Assembly (NCBI RefSeq): GCF_002105155.1
Contig: NW_019028992.1
Span: 372,001-436,000 of the forward strand
Reading direction: 5' to 3'
From: Lobosporangium transversale
Taxonomy: Eukaryota
Length of the DNA: 64,000 nucleotides
Shown here piece after piece: positions 49,884-63,299 of the stretch. A model generated the notes under the pieces. That model saw only the letters and a list, made by a program, of their open reading frames with translations, was not told the origin of the DNA and made no database searches. How positions within the stretch are numbered: the stretch's first letter is position 1; every line of letters begins with the position of its first letter. A program made the position numbers and the translations under genes.

Positions 49884-52717
49884 ATGCCACTTGTAAGCAT
49901 TCTTCAGACACTATTATTGTCTAACACCCACTCATACAATCACACATTCACATATTCACATATATTCACATATACACACCAATACACTTTCGCACATCCC
50001 GTTCTGTCTCAAGATCGTCACTCATTGTATCCTGTTCACTAGTAATGACATTCATTGTTTAATTCCTAACGTCTTTTTCTCTTTCTCTCTCTCTCTCTCA
50101 TTAATTGTTCTATCCCTGCAACGAAACATAATCGGTTCTTTTTATCAGGAATTTGCCCATCAACACAAGTAAGCCAGTTGGAAGCAAAACCCTTTTTTAT
50201 ATGTATATTTATATATATATATATATGTATTCGACGATCCCTTGAACAGTTGACCAATTGAAGTCTATCAAATTTTTCTTTTTTCTCATTCTTCACTTTT
50301 CATCGTGCGCAAACTTAGTGGCCAGTACCCAGACCCAGGCCCATGGAAGCATGCAGAGCCAAGGCCCCTGACACTCACAGGGCCTCTCGGACTCGACTCA
50401 CTTCCTACTCAACGTTTCACCAAAGTAAAGCGTGCCTCTTTTGGATTAAACCTGATGGTCGTCGGTAAGTCTTCATCTTATATCTCACACAAATAGTTCT
50501 GTGGGTGAATTCTCGAGAATGAAAAAATGCCGAGGAGGGTGGGCAGTATGGAATTCCTCTCCCTCTGCTATTTTTTTTTTTTTTTTATTTTTTTTTTTTA
50601 GCTTGTTTTATTGTCTGAACGCTCATTACATCTATTTCGACAACGTTTGTACTACGCTTAACATGTGCTCATCTATTTATTCGTTCTCAACACATTCTTG
50701 TTCTCCTAAGGCGAGAGTGGTCTTGGAAAGACAACTTTTATGAACACTTTGTTCAATTCGGACCTCAAAGAGGAGATTCTCCCAAAGAATCCTCAGCAAA
50801 CACAAACTGTAGAGATCCAACCTTCATATTATGGTAATTTTTATTTTTATTTTTTATTTTTTTTTTTAAGGTATGATGTGAACTTTTACAGAGCTAAAAA
50901 AGACAAATTGTAACCTTATTTTATTATATTTTATTTTTTATAGAGCTGTACGAAGATGGTGTCCAGCTTAACCTTTGCATCGTTGACACTCCAGGGTTCG
51001 GAGACCAATTAAACCGTGAGCACAAGTAAATATCGCACCATTATTGTTGGATAGGATCCAACCTGGATATATATATATATATATTCACCCTTGCTTTTCT
51101 GTTCATTTAATATTGCCCTGCCTTCTTTTTTTTTTTTTTTTTTTTTTTTTTTCCTTGACTGAAGGCTACTAAACTGCATGCTCGCATATTTTTTTGCTCT
51201 CGGACAATCCACTTTTTGTGCCTGATCCTATATTTACCATTTCAACCACTTCGTTGTTTATGTGTAAATATTGTGTGTGTGTGTGTGTTGAGTTTGCTCC
51301 TCTCTGAAGTTGTTTTCTGTTGGATGAGAGCATCTCTATCTGTCTTTGTTTTATTTTTTCCTCTTGGTGCAGGCACCTTCTCTCTCTCTCTCTCTCTCTT
51401 TTTTTTTTTTTTTTTTTTTTTTTTTGGCTAGATACTTACTGTCGATTTCTATGTGTGTTACTCAATTTCCTTCCCTAGCGTTGCCCCCATTGTGGCATAT
51501 ATTGACAAGCAATTTGAGGAGTATATGGCCGCAGAAGGTCATCCTGGATTCCGCAAGAGTATTCCTGATACTCGAATTCATGCAGTCCTCTACTTTATCG
51601 CGCCTAATGGTCATGGGTATGAACATTTATTTAGTTCTTTCCAATCGCTTGGTCATATTTGTTAACCGCCAAAAAAAAAAAAAAAAAAAAAAAAAAGCGC
51701 ATATTTCTTAAACATCTCAATGGGCTCTTCTTTGAATTGGATTAGTTTAAAGGAACTTGATGCCAAGGCTCTGAAGACTTTGTCCGCCAAGGTAAATGTC
51801 ATCCCCATCATCGCCAAGGCTGACACCATGACAGCAGAAGAAAAGGTTTCGTTCAAGAACATCTTGCTTCAGGATCTGGAACACCATAACATCAGGACCT
51901 TTCCTTCTTCTTATCCTGATGAGGTCGATGGTGCCGATGACCTTCTTGTAAGTTGAATGAAAAGAAGAGGAAAAATATATATATATATATATATTTCTAG
52001 ATCTAACAGCATACCTTCATCCCTTACCTGAATAGCAATATATCCCATTCTCGGTCATTGGAAGCGACAACACAGTCGAAATTGGTGGCAGGAGAGTGCG
52101 TTGCAGGACATATCGTTGGGGCATTGTAGAAGGTAAGGAAGACAGAGTGCGAACATGGATCATTCACAAATACTCCTCGAAGAAGTGGAAAAAATAAATA
52201 AATAATAATACAGAAGAGCTTATCAATTATCTTTCTCGCCACCGATTGTGTTTATCTTATAGTTGAAAACGCGGAACATTCAGACTTTGTCCACTTGCGG
52301 GAGCTCTTGATGTCAACCTGTTTGCATGATTTGGTCGAGACAACCCATACTGTGCACTATCACCGACATCGTGGTGATGCTCTCCGTGCAAAGGGGCGTC
52401 CGATCTCGATCCTAGAATGTGATGACTCGTACGAATCTCAGATTTCGGGCACAAAGATCAAGAACAAGGAGGAGTTGAACCGCAAAGAAGAAGAGATCCG
52501 TCAACTGTTCGTTCAGAAGGTGAAGGAGAAGGAAACTGAGCTGCGTGAGCGTGAGGAGAAATTGAGTACCAAGAAACAGCAAATGGAAGCCGAGCTGGAA
52601 CAGCTTCGTGCCCAGATTGAGGCTGAACAACGAGAACTGGATGAGGCGGTCTCGACGCTCGCGCGCAATGGAACAATTTCAAAAGCTCCCAGTAAGCTGT
52701 TCGCCAAGGCGAAATAA
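49884..52717 (+). CDS. Septin GTPase with C-terminal coiled coil
   Basis: Eight exons (first exon 49884-49892 and acceptor near 50326 inferred). G1 GESGLGKTT, G3 DTPGFGD, G4 AKAD, septin unique element RTYRWGIVEVENAEHSDF..LRELL, coiled-coil tail. Confidence 0.92.
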
Positions 52718-52975
52718 GGAAAAGGAATACAACTGCTCATCTACAGTAAATTCATACGCGCACATACATACACACGCAATATCATCACCAATAAGAATCA
52801 ACATTCAAATAATCCATGATATCGTATAACAGACTAGAAAATTAATAATAATAATAATAATAGTAATATTATCTCAGCCAAACAATTTTCTGTCTGGTAA
52901 ATATGCGTCAATTGAGAACAATATCTTAGTAGTAGGGTTTTCTCTTGCTTAATAATTAAGCTTTATGAAGGTCCT

Positions 52976-53072
52976 TTAAAGCAATGCTGCATGTCTATCC
53001 ATTAGTCGCTCTAATTCATCCAAATGGTATTGCCGACTAGTGATATCTTTGCGCTATTGTAATGTATCCAAG

Positions 53073-53107
<35 letters not shown>

Positions 53108-55951
53108 TAGTCAGTCATATGAGTATAAGAGCACTTTCAACATGTAAAAATGGCATGGGAGACCTTGACTTACCATGGCAAAAGTAACACTCCTGTAAAG
53201 ATTTGCGGCGCATTCTTTATAGTCTTCATGATCCGTTGTGATGTTAATCCTGGACAAGACTGGTGCAAGTAGGCCTTTAATTGTCTATAGGCGATAAAAA
53301 AAACGGAAATGACAATAAGCAAATGACCAACTGTGGTTGTAAAAGTCCATAGCAGCAGCATATTAATAGTGTTTGACTTACGGCCTTGTTGTGAGCCTCG
53401 ATTGACTTCGTGCTCGTTGTTAGTGGAATGAAACTCGCAGAAGGCAATCCTGTGCGTATTGATCCAGGACCTAGCAGCCTCCTTCGTAAGCTCTCGGTCG
53501 TCACATCCAATGGTTGTTGTGGGGCCCTTGATGGGCTTTTGACGCGACTTAAGCCCTTTCGGATGACTTTTGTTGCTGATACTGTTCTGGAAACTTTTGT
53601 ACTTGAGGCGGTTGAGGCTGGTATGGTTGCTGTCATCGTCGTCGTCGCCGCAGTTTGATCTGCTATATCCATACCATTTGAGATAGTCTGTTTACAGCCT
53701 ACAACATGAGAGTCCATGCTGCGATGCCTTGACAAAGTATGGCCTGTGTCACTCGACACATCTTTATTAGCAAAGGCCATTCTGTTCAATGTCTGAGTAC
53801 GCGTGAGAGCTCTTTCCTTGAGATTATCTTTGGCAGTAGCTGAAGACAGAGAGATAGTTTGGGCTGACAGAGTGCGATCAGCTTGTGGTAGAGGCACTAT
53901 ATAAGGAGTCCAAGTTTTGCTTCTTTCAAGAGCTCGCAACATTTCTATTTCTTGTCGTAATGATTTGTCTAATATTGAAGTTTTTTGGAATCATTACCCA
54001 GTGTTAATTAAAAAGAAGCTTTCGTGGGTTAATTATGTAGCTAGGTTTAATATGAGTTAGTTATCTGCTTTTGAAGCTTATTACCTTCATCCACATTCAT
54101 GTCTAAGAAAGCACTCCAATGTGATACATGTCCTGAATCCTCTTCATTAGTGTCATCATCATTTTCACTACCATTCATTATACTATTGACGATGGGGTCT
54201 TCGTATTGGATGTATGCTTCTGCATCTGCCCCTATTGAGGCCCCCAACTTTATATTGTCCCTGAACAGCTCTACGTCTGCGCTTGAGAACTGAGCTGCTT
54301 CAGTATCCTGCTTCAGTCTTTCCAGCGAGCGTGAATTTAGAAAGATTTGTTCTGAAAGGTTGACTTGATCAACTAGTGGATATGCAAAAAAGGATATGGT
54401 GGGAACGTTGGTCTCACTCACATAGCCGTGGTTATTATCGCTATTGCCATCCAGTATGCCATATACTAAGAACATAGTTGTTTCCTGATACAATTTTAGC
54501 CGAGGATCTTCATACACTTCTGCCAGGTCAAAAAATTGAAGCATAGCCTCAGCTTAGTAAATTAACGATACAATGAGTTTGTGTAACATGATGAGGCTGT
54601 CCTTGAGATCTATCAGTCGCTGCCTACCTGCTGTACTATTTGCGGGCGATGATGTCCCTGCATTACCTGTCGATAGCAAAAAAGGATTCTCATCTTGTTT
54701 CGAAGCAGCAGACAGCATACCCTTCTTCTTCGACGATTGTCCAGGTTTCTTTACCACTCTCAACAACAATCCTATTTGCCCCATAGCCATACCACCGCCC
54801 TCTCGGCAACGTGCTCTCATGTCATCCTACGGAATGGATAATGTAAATACAGCAGGTGCTCATTTAGCGTTATTTGATGCGAGAAAAGGGGTATATCAAA
54901 TTGGTTGTCAATGTCATCTGGGATGAAGACTGTATTACAATGTCGTCTTGGTCGAACAACTCCATTAAATATTGAGCAGATACTGTGCTCTCTGGTGATG
55001 TGAAGCTAATGCGGAGAAAATAGAAAAAGCCAGACAAAGTTGAGTTATCATGATTATTGAGATCAAGCATATAAATAGTATGTAGAAATATTTTGCTTAC
55101 ATGCGACATGGTTCTGTACAACCTGGAGCCAGCAGGAAAATTGGGAAGCTACTAATTTGGATTTTTGCTATAAGATGCATCTCTGTATTTTCCCTCGCAG
55201 GCTGTGAGTATATGGTCCCCTGCTGGTGCTCATGTAGTTGTTGTAGATGGAGCTTGGAAATGGCGAAACCAATCCCTGGCAGCTCTGTGACTGTTGGTTG
55301 TAATTTAACTCCACTACATCCTTCGAAGATGGTCTGCTGGCGTTTGTCAAGACTAGCCTTCTTCAAAGAACCAGGCTCTTTGCGACCAGAAGATGATAAC
55401 GACGTTGCTATGGATGCCGAAGTGGAAGTTGAGGTGATCGGTTTCAAGGAGGGAACAATCCAAGATCCACCCCAGATAAGATCCCATTCTTGTTCATCGC
55501 TTTTCCTTCCTTTTCCTCTTCCAGATTGAATCTCCTCTATTGTTGTTGAAATCAACTTATGTTCAAGTAGCGATGACGAGGAAACTGGTGAATAACATTG
55601 CTTCAAAGTTGATGAGGGATGGGTGACCGGTGTCACATCTGCGGATGTTGGTGGAGAAGGTTGTTGCTGTATCCGTCTTGATTTTGGCGTAAAGGCTGGC
55701 TTTTTTTTATCTATCATTAGGAAAGGTGATTGTTCGTAAAATGAGGCTGGCCCGACCTTGGTCCCGCCATTCGCTAGTTTCTTCCTTCTGAAGGAAAATA
55801 CTGATGCTTCATCGATAGTTTCATTGCCGCCTTGTGGGATGCTTCCTCCTAACTCCTGTATATCTGTGATGTCATTTGAGCGTATATTTCCATTTAAAAC
55901 GGTGGTGGACGACTGGCTGAGACGACGAGAAGGAACATCCTGGCGCTTCAT
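52976..55951 (-). CDS. Sld7/MTBP-like replication-initiation factor (tentative)
   Basis: Multi-exon gene. Spliced C-terminus reads EAHNKA|TIKGLLAPVLSRINITTDHEDYKECAANLYRSVTFAM|RKDITSRQYHLDELERLMDRHAALL*, resembling the Sld7/MTBP C-terminal helical domain. N-terminal part has LIWGGS..LPGIGF..ISSFPIFL. Internal exon boundaries not fully resolved. Confidence 0.6.
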
Positions 55952-57371
55952 AATGGAGGCGAGTTGAGATTAGATTTCTAGTAACTGGCAAATGAGTAAC
56001 TTTGCTTATGCAAATTCTTTTAAACAATGTTTTAGTCAATGGTTTGTCCAATGGTGGCAAAGAATGAGTTTTGAATGCCAAGTCGAACACAGAGCAAAAC
56101 ATTCCAATGCCGAGTCACGAATATTTTTAGTACGCGTTTTGCCACCAAATCACACGACGCGCTGAGGTATTCTTTTTATTCAAATCCATTTTGCCATTGG
56201 GTGTCTATTTTTTATTTGCGAAATACACAGAACATTGATTCTTTTCATGAGTTGGCGATTTAAATGTCCAAGTGCATGGGGAATCCTTATTAAAGAATTG
56301 TCGCTATGCTACTTTTGATTTTGATTATATCTTCCACAGCGAAAGGGTCGCAAATGTTTATTGATCAATTTATCTCTATAATGACTAGGACCCACTTCAA
56401 GATGTTATGTTCTTCCGCGGGAAATGTTTCCACAGTGCCTTGTGGCAATTTTAAATGAGGTTGGTCTTAATGCTTCGATCTCGGCTGATTTTATAACTGA
56501 TTCAATCTTTTGTAAAAAAAAAAAAAAAAAAAAAAAGATAAAGAATGACTTAAAGTGATCAAATGAAACTCTTTCGAATACAATGAAGGGACGTAAAGCA
56601 GTGCCGCTCCTTATATCCAGGTATATGATCAAAAGGTTCAACAGCCTACACTGCTGCACTTAGCAAGTTATCAAGCATCTGTTTATCTTATTCCAAAAGC
56701 GACCGAGGGTTCAAGCATAAGCACTATGCCGATTATAAGAAAGCATAGATTGCTGTGTGTCCGCATAGAGTTTTGTATATTTTAGCATTTTCAACAGCGT
56801 GTCGATATGTTGAAGCTTTACTCTAATTGAGTACTGAATATGAGCGCCAAATATCATACGAAATGATGGGTTGCAACGATAGTACAATAACCGCAGCTGC
56901 AATAATGACAAGATAAAGAACGACGAATGCAAAAGAGGTGTTTCCTTTCCTTGTGCTTGCATATCTTTCTGGAGGACGAGGAATGATGCGATTGTGCATG
57001 GTGAGTAAAAAAGCATGGTCGTTTTTTTGTAATGTTGCACAAGCTCCTGTGCCTGTCTGTCTGTGTATGCCTGTGTTTTCTGCAGGGAAAAGAAATAAAA
57101 GAAAAACCTTCGTCTTTTAGACGCTTAATCTTCTTCCTTTTTTCCTCCTCTCTCCTCTTTTCTTTCTCTCCACTCCCTTTCCCTTTAAACAAATACTCAT
57201 TCAAATACAGTCGCACACTCTTTTCATTCATTTTTCTTCCATCTCGACTCGTTTGTTTGCTTCATCAAGATCATTACTGCATCACAACAACTAAGCCAGT
57301 GATTGCAATTGCGCGTTAAAAGCACCACCCATTACGTCTTTGCAAGTTACTTAAAATAAACAATTTCAACC

Positions 57372-59063
57372 ATGACATCACTCCTTGAGTCTCTACTCAA
57401 TTGGCTGCGCGGTCTCTTCTTTAAGGTACTCCCTCTTCCATTCAGGCTACCTCCAAGTACTAGACTCGCTTTTAGAAATGTTGACATTTGTATTTGATTC
57501 TTCGGCGGAAAACCACTAACTTACTCGATTTTCTCTTTTCTTCTGGGAGACAACTTAGACTGAGATGGAGCTGACCCTAGTTGGATTGCAAAACAGTGGA
57601 AAGACTACATTAGTTAATGTTATTGCTGTAAGTTTTTTTTTTTTTTTTTTTTTTTTTACCATGGATTCTGAAATACATTGGCCATTGCCCTTTCTGGAGA
57701 TTTTTTTCGTTCCGCTATTTTTCAATTGCCCTATTACGTGAACGGAGAGTTTAGTCAGGAGCTTTCGACTCTAGCTGTTAGCCGGCTAAACTTTTCTACT
57801 TATAAACATATCATCACTGGGAATATCAGCAGGGGTGTCGCAAACATGGATGGATCGATGTTTATAACCGTTGACAGCACAGTCGTCATACTGTCACCGA
57901 GCAGCAGCCCCAAAATAATATCAAGGAGAGCAATCCAATGGTCATGTGGACAAGAAAAGGGGATTTTTTTTTATTGACGTACTTGCGACTTCAAAAAAAT
58001 AGAGCGAATATGCAGAGAAGCATTTAAGACAGCCTCCTTTCTATCCCCTCTTTGATTTTCTTTCTTGAAGCGATGCTGGATCAACACAATAACTCTTGAT
58101 TTGTAATGATGAATAGTCTGGCCAATTCTCCGAAGACATGATTCCCACAGTGGGCTTCAATATGCGTAAGGTCACCAAAGGAAATGTCACTATGAAGCTA
58201 TGGGATATTGGTGGACAACCAAGGTAAACGTCCAACTTTTTTTTTTTTTTTTTTTTTTTTTGCAACATTGCTTTCATGCAAGAGGGAGAATGAGCTACAG
58301 TATTACCCTTTGATAATACACTATCCTTAGACTAACAAATCCTTTGGTGTTTTATTTCATAATGTAGATTCCGGAGCATGTGGGAAAGATATTGCCGTGG
58401 TGTTAACGCTATTGTGTAAGTCCCTCCTTCTCTTTTTTATTTTTTATTTTTTATTTTTTCATTCGTTTCTTGCCATTCTTGAACCATATGGTTTGCGTCA
58501 CCTACATTATTTTGGATCTGATGACATCCGAAAGAGAGAGAGGGAGACAGGAAATTGATTAATAAATGATTGACGTCTCATTTTTTTTATTTTATTTTAT
58601 TTTTTTTTATACCTAGGTTTGTAATTGATTCTGCGGATCACGACAAACTGGATGCAGCGAGGACGGAACTCAGGAATCTGCTGGACAAACCACAGCTGGC
58701 TAGCATCCCTGTCCTTGTTCTTGGGAACAAGAACGATTTGCCGGGAGCACTATCGGTGGATCAGATCGTTGAAGTCATGTAAGATTAGCATGTAGCAAAA
58801 ATGGATGATCGTAGATCTGGATGTTTCTTTATTTTGTTTTTTTATTTTTATCACTGAGTTATACGCATTATAACAAAGATAACTGAGCGCGCGCCTATGA
58901 TTCTTTTTTTTTCCTCTCTTTTTTTGTCTTTGGAATTTCTTCAAATAGGAACCTGAAGCATATCGCAAATCGTGAAGTTTCCTGTTATTCAATCTCGGCT
59001 AAAAATCAAATCAACATTGATATCACGCTTCAGTGGTTGACTAAGAAGGGCAAGGGCAAGTAA
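57372..59063 (+). CDS. ARL8: Arf-like small GTPase Arl8
   Basis: Exons 57372-57425, 57559-57627, 58117-58223, 58368-58415, 58617-58778, 58949-59063. [73 protein letters not shown]. Confidence 0.95.
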
Positions 59064-59508
59064 ACAGGCTTCCAAAAAGACATTAACGGCTTATAAACAT
59101 TGTTTTTGGCTTAATAGTTGGTGAGGTGGAATGTCGAGCGAGATACATGTAGAGCGTAAAAACATAAACTATATCGATACTATCAATAAAATGAATAAGA
59201 CAAAATTATGCTAGATTGTTAAAGACAAAAAAAAAAAAAAAAAAAGTTCTGCAAAGTAGTGATTGCTTGGGTCAATCAGTTTGTTTTAATGATCAATTAG
59301 CAAATACGGTGACCCAGGTCAGGGACACAGAATACTTCAGACTAAAAAATAAATAGATAAACATTTGTATTATATTTTTATAACGGTGCTAAAATCGTCT
59401 AGATGGTGATGTTGATGATGAGGAATATTTTAAAGATAGATGAATTGGTAAAAAAAAAAGGGGGGGGGGGAAAGGAGGATATGCAACGAATAAAATAAAA
59501 TAAAACTT

Positions 59509-60139
59509 CTAAATCATGAATAAACCAGCAACAAAGACGATCACCAACGCCATTCTCGACTCGACGCCCTTGTCCTGAGATGCGGTAGCGCCACTTGGCT
59601 TTCCTGTAGGTTGGAGCTGGAATGTGGCACGAGAGCTCGTATAGGCGCCAGGAGAACTAGAGGCTGATGGTTGGCTAGTTGTAACAGCAATTGTGGTGGT
59701 AGAATCAGCTGTTGTTGTGGGGAACGCAACCGAGGTGGTGACAGTGGTCTGGTCGGATGTGATGGGAGCAGTAGGAGTGACTTCTGTGGGTGATGGTACA
59801 TCTGAAGTAACGCCTCCTGTGGGACTCTGAACACCTCCACAAGGAGCTCCAAATCCTGATTGACATCCTGCTCCACAATACATCTCTCCAGTTCCGCAAT
59901 AGCCCTACAATCCGAGGAGGAAAAAAAAAAAAAAAAAAATGTTTAGATATGTGAATACTTTTTTTTTTTAGCGATAAGAATAAAAAAGTGAGAAAAGAAA
60001 CACATACGTTGACAGAACAACAATCGGTGGGTGTGCAAGAGAGACCGCCAGCTTGGCTTCCACACTGTGCTTGAGCTGTGACCATGGACAAGATTCCAAG
60101 GCAGCATACTAGCATGGCAATGAATGTACTACGGTGCAT
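59509..60139 (-). CDS. Secreted hevein/CBM18 chitin-binding protein with S/T stalk and probable GPI/TM anchor
   Basis: Exons 60139-60008, 59904-59509. Signal peptide, QCGSQAGGLSCTPTDCCSVNGYCGTGEMYCGAGCQSGFGAPC (8-Cys hevein), S/T/P-rich linker, hydrophobic C-terminus. Confidence 0.88.
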
Positions 60140-61159
60140 GTTGATGTTCCTGGCTTTTATATGTATATATTGTATATCTTTATCTTCAGTCTTTGGTGTG
60201 TTTAAAAAATCTTGATTTCCTTGATTGATGAAGGGACGGATGAAATGAAGTGAAGAAAAAAATGAAGAGAGAGAAAGAGAATTGGGAGGAATGATTTTTC
60301 TCTTTTGTAGAGTGTTATCATCGCACCGTCAACAGATTTGCATTGCCATCATAAAAATAGATTGAGCACGTGCAGTGGGCTGTCCCTTCCCCTGAAAAGT
60401 GAACCACAGACAGTTGATGATGTTGCATGTATAAATATCGTGGTGCAAGAATCGAACAATTACAACGGTACTACTTATATTAATGACAAAGTGGTTTTTA
60501 TTTATTACGATATGCTCTAAAGAGAACCTTCTCACATCATGTCAATGATACAAAATAAATAGATAAGAATTGATCGTATTAATAACCGGAATAGCGTCAT
60601 AAGGGACTTTTCCACATCTCATATTAAACTGTCGTTCCTTTTCTCAATCGAATCATACAAACTAATTAAGTGGTTCTGAATAGCATGCGAGCGCCCAATA
60701 TCTCTGGTTAGATCAGGGGTGTTGAGTATGTTGGAGTCAACGCGATGGCGGTCTTGTTGGAGTAGAAAAGTTGATTATAGAAAGAAACATGCGAGGACTA
60801 AAGTCGCTCAACAGACCTGAGTGGAGCTGTTAGCTTCACAAAGCAAACATGAGTAGAGCAGCAGGAGCGGCAGCTGTGCAAGCTGGTGAACGATTACCTT
60901 TTAGAGAAAATGGCATGGCATTGTGAGAGACAGTTTTTTGCAAATGTCCTTTTGGCTCTGAATGACAATCAGCACAGCCACACATTTAGCTACGCCTCCT
61001 GTAATGGCCGATATACATGTATACATAATACACTCCTGTCTCGCCTTCACAGATTTTTTTTTTTTTTTTTTTTTTTTTTCAACACTACACTATACCACGT
61101 TCAAAAAGTTATCAACACATTGATTCCGGGCTTCGTCAAAAAATTATCAGATCCAACTT

Positions 61160-62125
61160 TGATGAAGGATTGACTCCTGCAAAGATTGCTCGTCGTTTCG
61201 GCTTCTCATATTCCACTGTAAGAAACATTGTAAGAGTTTTTGAAGAGGAGGGGAGAGTAGAGAGGGGGAAAAAAGGCGGTAAAATCGTCATAGAGTCCTT
61301 CAAGAAGAACATAAATCATGGCTGCAAACTAAGCTTGATGAGGACCCTAGCCTTACTATCACTAGTCTTCATCAATCACTAAACGAGCATTTTCACCTTG
61401 ACCCTCCTGTGTCGATTTCAGCCGTTTCCAGAGCTGTTCTCCAACAAGCGGACTATACTCTCAAGCTTATACGTTATGAGCCAGAAGATTACAGCAGTCC
61501 AGAGAGGATTGCTGCTCGCGTCCAATGGACGAGTGATTTGATCAAAAAAGGAATCAACCTAACAGAGGCTGTGTTCGTTAATGAAGCGGGTTTCAACCTG
61601 CATCTCACGCATAAATTTGGTCGAGCATCGTGAGGAAAAAGGGCATTAAAGCGTCGCCCTAGCCACCGGGGACAAAATGTTTCCATCGTAGTTGCTGTTG
61701 GCAAGGAAGGAGTTATCGCTTCGGAAGTGCATTTAGGTGCCTTCAATGCCGAAGCTTTCCAAGCTTTTTTGGCCAATAAACCTATTCCTGCTCTCCCAAC
61801 TTAGAGAGTCATCATCATGGATAACGTCCCTTTCCACAGATCACAAGATGTAAAAGACACTTTAAATGACAAGGGACATGTTTACTTGCGATTGCCTCCC
61901 TACACCCCACACCTCAATGCGGCCGAATGGGTCTTCAATAGCATCAAGGGGCATGTACGGCGTCAAGAGCTTCAGAACCAGGAAACCTTGACAAAGCATA
62001 TCAATGATGGCATTCTACAGACTGACGCAAAAAATGTCCAGGGATGGATCCGTGAAGTCGATAGAAATTTTGTCCTTGCAAATAGAGGCGAACCTTTGGG
62101 TAGATTCTACAACAGTGCCCACTAA
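61160..62125 (+). mobile_element. Decayed Tc1/IS630-family (DDE) transposase
   Basis: HTH AKIARRFGFSYSTVRNIV; AVFVNEAGF (first Asp changed to Asn); IIMDNVPFH; LPPYTPHLNAAEWVF. In-frame stops near 61631 and 61802 and a frameshift. No TIR pair found. Confidence 0.85.
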
Positions 62126-62376
62126 TAAAAAAATCGCCAAGTTGATCAATTTAACTGGTCAAAAGAATAATATTAACTAATTAGGCTTTTCTTACAAGAA
62201 AGATCCCCGGGAATGGGCAACCCGTTTATCTGTTTAAAGAGCTAACATCTAAATAAATGCTACATAGCTTCGTGGGCCCTTAATATTAAAAAAAAAAAAA
62301 AAAAAAAAAGCTTTCTTTACAAGAATTTTTTATTTATTTACAATAATAGAGTGTCAAAACACGCTATCATATCATT

Positions 62377-63059
62377 CTACTGGTGAGCTTGGATAGCAGC
62401 ATGAATGGCCTCGCCAAATCCTGGAGCACTGGCAGGGTTTTGTCCTGTGACAATGCGACCATCAGTCACAACCTTGGCGCCCCACTGCTTATCAGCCTTG
62501 TGATAGTTGGCTCCGTTTTTCTTGAGCTTGGTCTCCAAGAGAGAAGGAACAACTTGATGACAAAAAGAAAGTTGGTGGCAAGCAGTTAGATTTCAATGAC
62601 TGGATCAAGCAAGAGGGCTTTTTTTCTTTTTCTTTTTTTTTTTTTTAAAAAAAAAGTAAGTAAAAAAGACTCACCATTTTCAAGACCAACGGACTTCTCC
62701 TCATCATCACTGAACCCAGTAACGTTTTTGTCTTTAACCAGGAAAGTTCCATCCGAAAGCTTGACATCAGTCAAGCCGATGGAGCCGTGGCAGATTCCAC
62801 CAACGACCTTGCCTGCTTCATAGGCTGCTGCTGTGAGCTTAATAGCAGCCTCATTGTGCTCTAGATCGTACGCGGGACCATGACCGCCAGGGTAGATGAT
62901 GGCTGCGAACTCGTTTTCTTTGCCAACAAACTCCTCGATCTTATGAGTATTGTCAATTTTGTGAGCAATATCCTTATTGTCCAAGAATGAGGTGACAAGT
63001 GGGTTATCCTATAGAGCAGAAAAGTAAGGAGAAGTTGAGTATGGTAAATGTTGCAAAGG

Positions 63060-63098
<39 letters not shown>

Positions 63099-63299
63099 TA
63101 CCTTAGCATCTTCAACTGAGTTGGGATCAAGAGGGGCCTTACCACCCTTGGGGGAAGCATAAACGATTTCATAGCCATGGTTGGTCAAGATAGTGGCAGG
63201 TACTGCAACTTCTTCAGCATACCAGCCAGTCTTTTTGCCAGTGTCGCCCAATTGATCGTGTGAAGTCAAAATAAAAAGAATCTTTTTGTTTGCAGCCAT
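62377..63299 (-). CDS. DJ-1/PfpI family protein (Hsp31-like class I glutamine amidotransferase fold)
   Basis: Exons 63299-63102, 63008-62675, 62552-62377. KILFILTSH, TGWYAEEV, ASPKGGKAPLDP, YPGGHGPAYDL, GICHG, VTGFS, IVTGQNPASA. Confidence 0.92.

Noticed and set aside
60700..62200. Terminal inverted repeats of the Tc1/IS630 element
   Set aside because: No matching inverted pair seen; the left end appears lost.
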